NCBI GenBank assembly: GCA_963801165.1
Contig: CAWDDT010000006.1
Span: 160,001-224,000 of the forward strand
Direction of reading: 5' to 3'
DNA length: 64,000 bases
Source: an uncultured bacterium
GTDB taxonomy: Bacteria; Actinomycetota; Acidimicrobiia; Spongiisociales; UBA5794
Shown in pieces: positions 61,497 to 64,000 of this stretch; the first letter of the stretch is position 1, and each line of letters opens with the position of its first letter. Made by a program: the position numbers and the translations under genes. Under the pieces are notes generated by a model that did not search any database, was not told where the DNA came from, and was given only the letters and a program-made list of their open reading frames with translations.

Positions 61497-63188
61497 ATGG
61501 AGGAGGCAGCTGCGCCGGCCGGCACTCGAAAGACGACAGGACGGGGTTGGTGGCTGGGTGCGGGTGCGCTAAGCGGCGCCGTCCTCACCGTGACACTGGC
61601 CCTGGTCGCGACCGCGATTTTCGTCCCGGCTCCGGCAGTCGCCGGTCCCGCACCGCACTTTGTCGAGGAGGCGCAAGCAGCCGGCCTCGTCCACACCTAC
61701 GACGGTGACTTCATCTTCTTCGTCGGCGGCGGTGTGGCCGTCTTCGACTGTAACAACGATGGCAAACCCGACGCGTACTTCGCAGGCGGCTCCAATCCCG
61801 CTGCCCTCTTCCGCAACGACAGCCCGGTGGGCGGTGACCTCCACTTCGAGCCGGTCCCCCAGTCCAGCACGGACCTGACGCGAGTAACCGGGGCGTATCC
61901 CATCGACATCGACTCCGATGGATTCGTCGACCTGGCGGTGCTACGGGTCGGGGAGAACGTGATCCTGCGTGGCACCGGCAATTGCCAGTTCGAAAGAGCC
62001 AACGAATCTTGGGGAATCGATGGTGGCGACGCCTGGACGGCGGCCTTCAGCGCTACCTGGGAGGGTGATGAGACTCTTCCGACGCTGGCCTTCGGCAACT
62101 ACCTCGAGCTCGACGACCAGGATAAGTCGACAGGCGTCTGTTCCGACCACGCCTTCATCCGACCCGACGGAGCCACCGCCTACGGCAGCCCGATTGCCCT
62201 GTCGCCGGGTTTCTGCTCGTTGTCGATCCTGTTCAGTGACTGGGACCGAACGGGGTCTGCCGACCTGAGGATGACCAATGACCGTCACTACTACCGCGAC
62301 GGTGAGGATCAACTGTGGCGTGTGGTGCCGGGCGAGACACCCCGCCCGTACACCCACGATGAGGGCTGGCAGCAGATGCGGATCTGGGGCATGGGCATCG
62401 CCAGCCAGGATCTCACCGGCGACGGGCGTCCCGAGGTGTTCCTCACCAGCCAGGGCGACAACAAGCTGCAGACCCTGAGCACGGGTGCAGACACCCCGAC
62501 CTACGACGACATGGCACTCGAGGTCGGGGCTACCGCCACCCGGCCCTTCACGGGCGACGTAACCCTCCCCTCCACCGCCTGGCATGCGGAATTCCAGGAC
62601 GTGAACAACGACGGGTTCATGGACCTCTACGTGTCGAAGGGAAACGTCGAGGCGACGCCGGGGTATGCGGCGGCAGATCCCAACGACCTGCTGTTGGGAG
62701 ATCCGGGCGGATCGTTTCACGAGGTCGCACAGACGGCCGGCATCGTGAATTTCGCCCGGACCCGGGGCGCCGCCCTCGCAGACTTCAATCTCGATGGGCT
62801 TCTTGATCTGGTGGAGGTCAACCGCCGCCAGAACGTCACACTCTGGCGGAACGTCGGATCGGACATGGCCGACTCCCCGATGGGCGACTGGGTCGCGATC
62901 CAACTCCGACAATCGGGGGCGAACCGTGACGGTGTCGGCTCGTGGATCGAGGTCGACGCCGCCGGCAGGGTCGTCCAGCGGGAGGTGACGATCGGCGGCG
63001 GCCACGCCAGCGGCGAGCTTGGCTGGATTCATTTCGGGCTCGGCAACGCGGACACCGCTCGAATTCGGGTGCAGTGGCCGGATGGCGAGAAAGGGCCATG
63101 GCTGACGGTGACCGCCAACCAGTTTGCCGTAATCGATCGCGACGCCACGGCCCCGCAGATCTGGGAGCCGGGCACCGTCGCTCCCTGA
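61497..63188 (+). CDS. Secreted CRTAC1/ASPIC-UnbV family FG-GAP repeat protein
   Basis: Signal peptide; repeated DxNxDG motifs (DCNNDGKPD, DIDSDGFVD, DVNNDGFMD, DFNLDGLLD); C-terminal HFGLG...IRVQWPDG. Confidence 0.85.
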   Translation: MEEAAAPAGTRKTTGRGWWLGAGALSGAVLTVTLALVATAIFVPAPAVAGPAPHFVEEAQAAGLVHTYDGDFIFFVGGGVAVFDCNNDGKPDAYFAGGSNPAALFRNDSPVGGDLHFEPVPQSSTDLTRVTGAYPIDIDSDGFVDLAVLRVGENVILRGTGNCQFERANESWGIDGGDAWTAAFSATWEGDETLPTLAFGNYLELDDQDKSTGVCSDHAFIRPDGATAYGSPIALSPGFCSLSILFSDWDRTGSADLRMTNDRHYYRDGEDQLWRVVPGETPRPYTHDEGWQQMRIWGMGIASQDLTGDGRPEVFLTSQGDNKLQTLSTGADTPTYDDMALEVGATATRPFTGDVTLPSTAWHAEFQDVNNDGFMDLYVSKGNVEATPGYAAADPNDLLLGDPGGSFHEVAQTAGIVNFARTRGAALADFNLDGLLDLVEVNRRQNVTLWRNVGSDMADSPMGDWVAIQLRQSGANRDGVGSWIEVDAAGRVVQREVTIGGGHASGELGWIHFGLGNADTARIRVQWPDGEKGPWLTVTANQFAVIDRDATAPQIWEPGTVAP

Positions 63189-63194
63189 GGCCCG

Positions 63195-64000
63195 CTACGA
63201 ACCGGGATGTACTACGGCCTTGATGAGACCCCGTCGATAGCGACTCGCATCGGCAAACGCCGCCGCCGCCCCGTCCAACCCCACGTCATCGGTGACGAGG
63301 GATGCGACGTCGACATGTCCTCCGGCGACGAGAGCAATCGCACGCGGGTAGGTGTGCTTCATCCGACGACACAGAGCGATCGTCAGGCCACGCCGCCGAA
63401 CCGCCGAATGGTTGAACACGAGCCGGTCATCGGCCGAGATACCAACCACCACCAGCCGGCCCCCATTGCGGAGGACACCGACGGCTTGGGCGAGCGCATC
63501 CTCGCTCGACCAGGCACATTCGAACGCTACGTCGACCCCGCGTCCCCCTGTGGCATCCATGATCGCCGCAACCGGATCCTGATCATCCACGTTCACCACG
63601 CGGGCGCCGTAGCGGCCGGCTGCGTCCAGACGCCATGAATAGCGGTCGGTGCTGAAGCAGAGATGCGCACCGGAGAGAGCTGCCACCTGCAGACAGCACA
63701 GACCGATGGTACCGGCGCCGACGATGGCGACAGTGTCACCAGGCCTCAGGTGCGCCAGGCTCACGGCATGGATCGCGATCCCGAGTGGTTCCAGCAACGC
63801 CGCCGCAGCGTCGTCGATGCCATTGGGCACCGGGAAGCAGCATGCTGCCGGCGTCGTCAGGTACTCACAAAGCGCTCCGTCGATCGGGTAGAGCCCGGCG
63901 AAATCCAAATCGGTGCACAGGTTCGGGTGACCGCGGTGGCACAGTTCGCACCGGCCGCAAGGGCGGGCCGGGTCGACTGCAACCCGGGTACCGACTGCCA
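63195..64000 (-). CDS. Zinc-dependent dehydrogenase (sorbitol/threonine DH-like), 5' end outside window
   Basis: CGRCELC..GHPNLC, LLEPLGIA, GAGTIG. Confidence 0.85.
   Translation of the reverse strand, partial: AVGTRVAVDPARPCGRCELCHRGHPNLCTDLDFAGLYPIDGALCEYLTTPAACCFPVPNGIDDAAAALLEPLGIAIHAVSLAHLRPGDTVAIVGAGTIGLCCLQVAALSGAHLCFSTDRYSWRLDAAGRYGARVVNVDDQDPVAAIMDATGGRGVDVAFECAWSSEDALAQAVGVLRNGGRLVVVGISADDRLVFNHSAVRRRGLTIALCRRMKHTYPRAIALVAGGHVDVASLVTDDVGLDGAAAAFADASRYRRGLIKAVVHPGS

Noticed and set aside
36573-64000. Prophage or integrative element inserted at dif
   Set aside because: No integrase, Rep, phage or transposase genes, and no second dif-like site seen in the window.

Overview
A GC-rich actinobacterial chromosome segment. 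The 16S/23S features and gene content suggest class Acidimicrobiia, which is an inference. The left half (1-18 kb, almost all + strand) is housekeeping: priA-def-fmt-rsmB, ppk2, rpe, a REC-GGDEF regulator, an FMN riboswitch with ribD-ribE-ribBA-ribH, infC-rpmI-rplT, a TrmH methylase, pheS-pheT, argF, mpg and tyrS. A sortase-type surface protein with 390-bp repeats follows, then a complete 16S-23S-5S operon with no ITS tRNAs. The most striking feature is that the 23S gene carries two group I introns, at E. coli-equivalent positions 1923 and 1951, separated by a 28-nt exon. Each encodes an intact single-motif LAGLIDADG homing endonuclease whose start codon is buried in intron structure. Features the ORF track does not show include: a probable leaderless Phe-sensing leader-peptide attenuator upstream of pheST; an L20-leader-like attenuator and an ATC start codon for infC; a XerCD dif-like site at 36545-36572, only about 8.5 kb after the rRNA operon and followed by a gene remnant and a 22-bp triple repeat; and many leaderless genes. 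The right half is a mixed accessory/metabolic region (cydABDC, GH94 phosphorylase, ABC-F, threonine aldolase, Zn dehydrogenases, NAT, and a divergent UnbU-like/UnbV-ASPIC pair without a PKS). All calls come from reading the sequence; no database searches were run.
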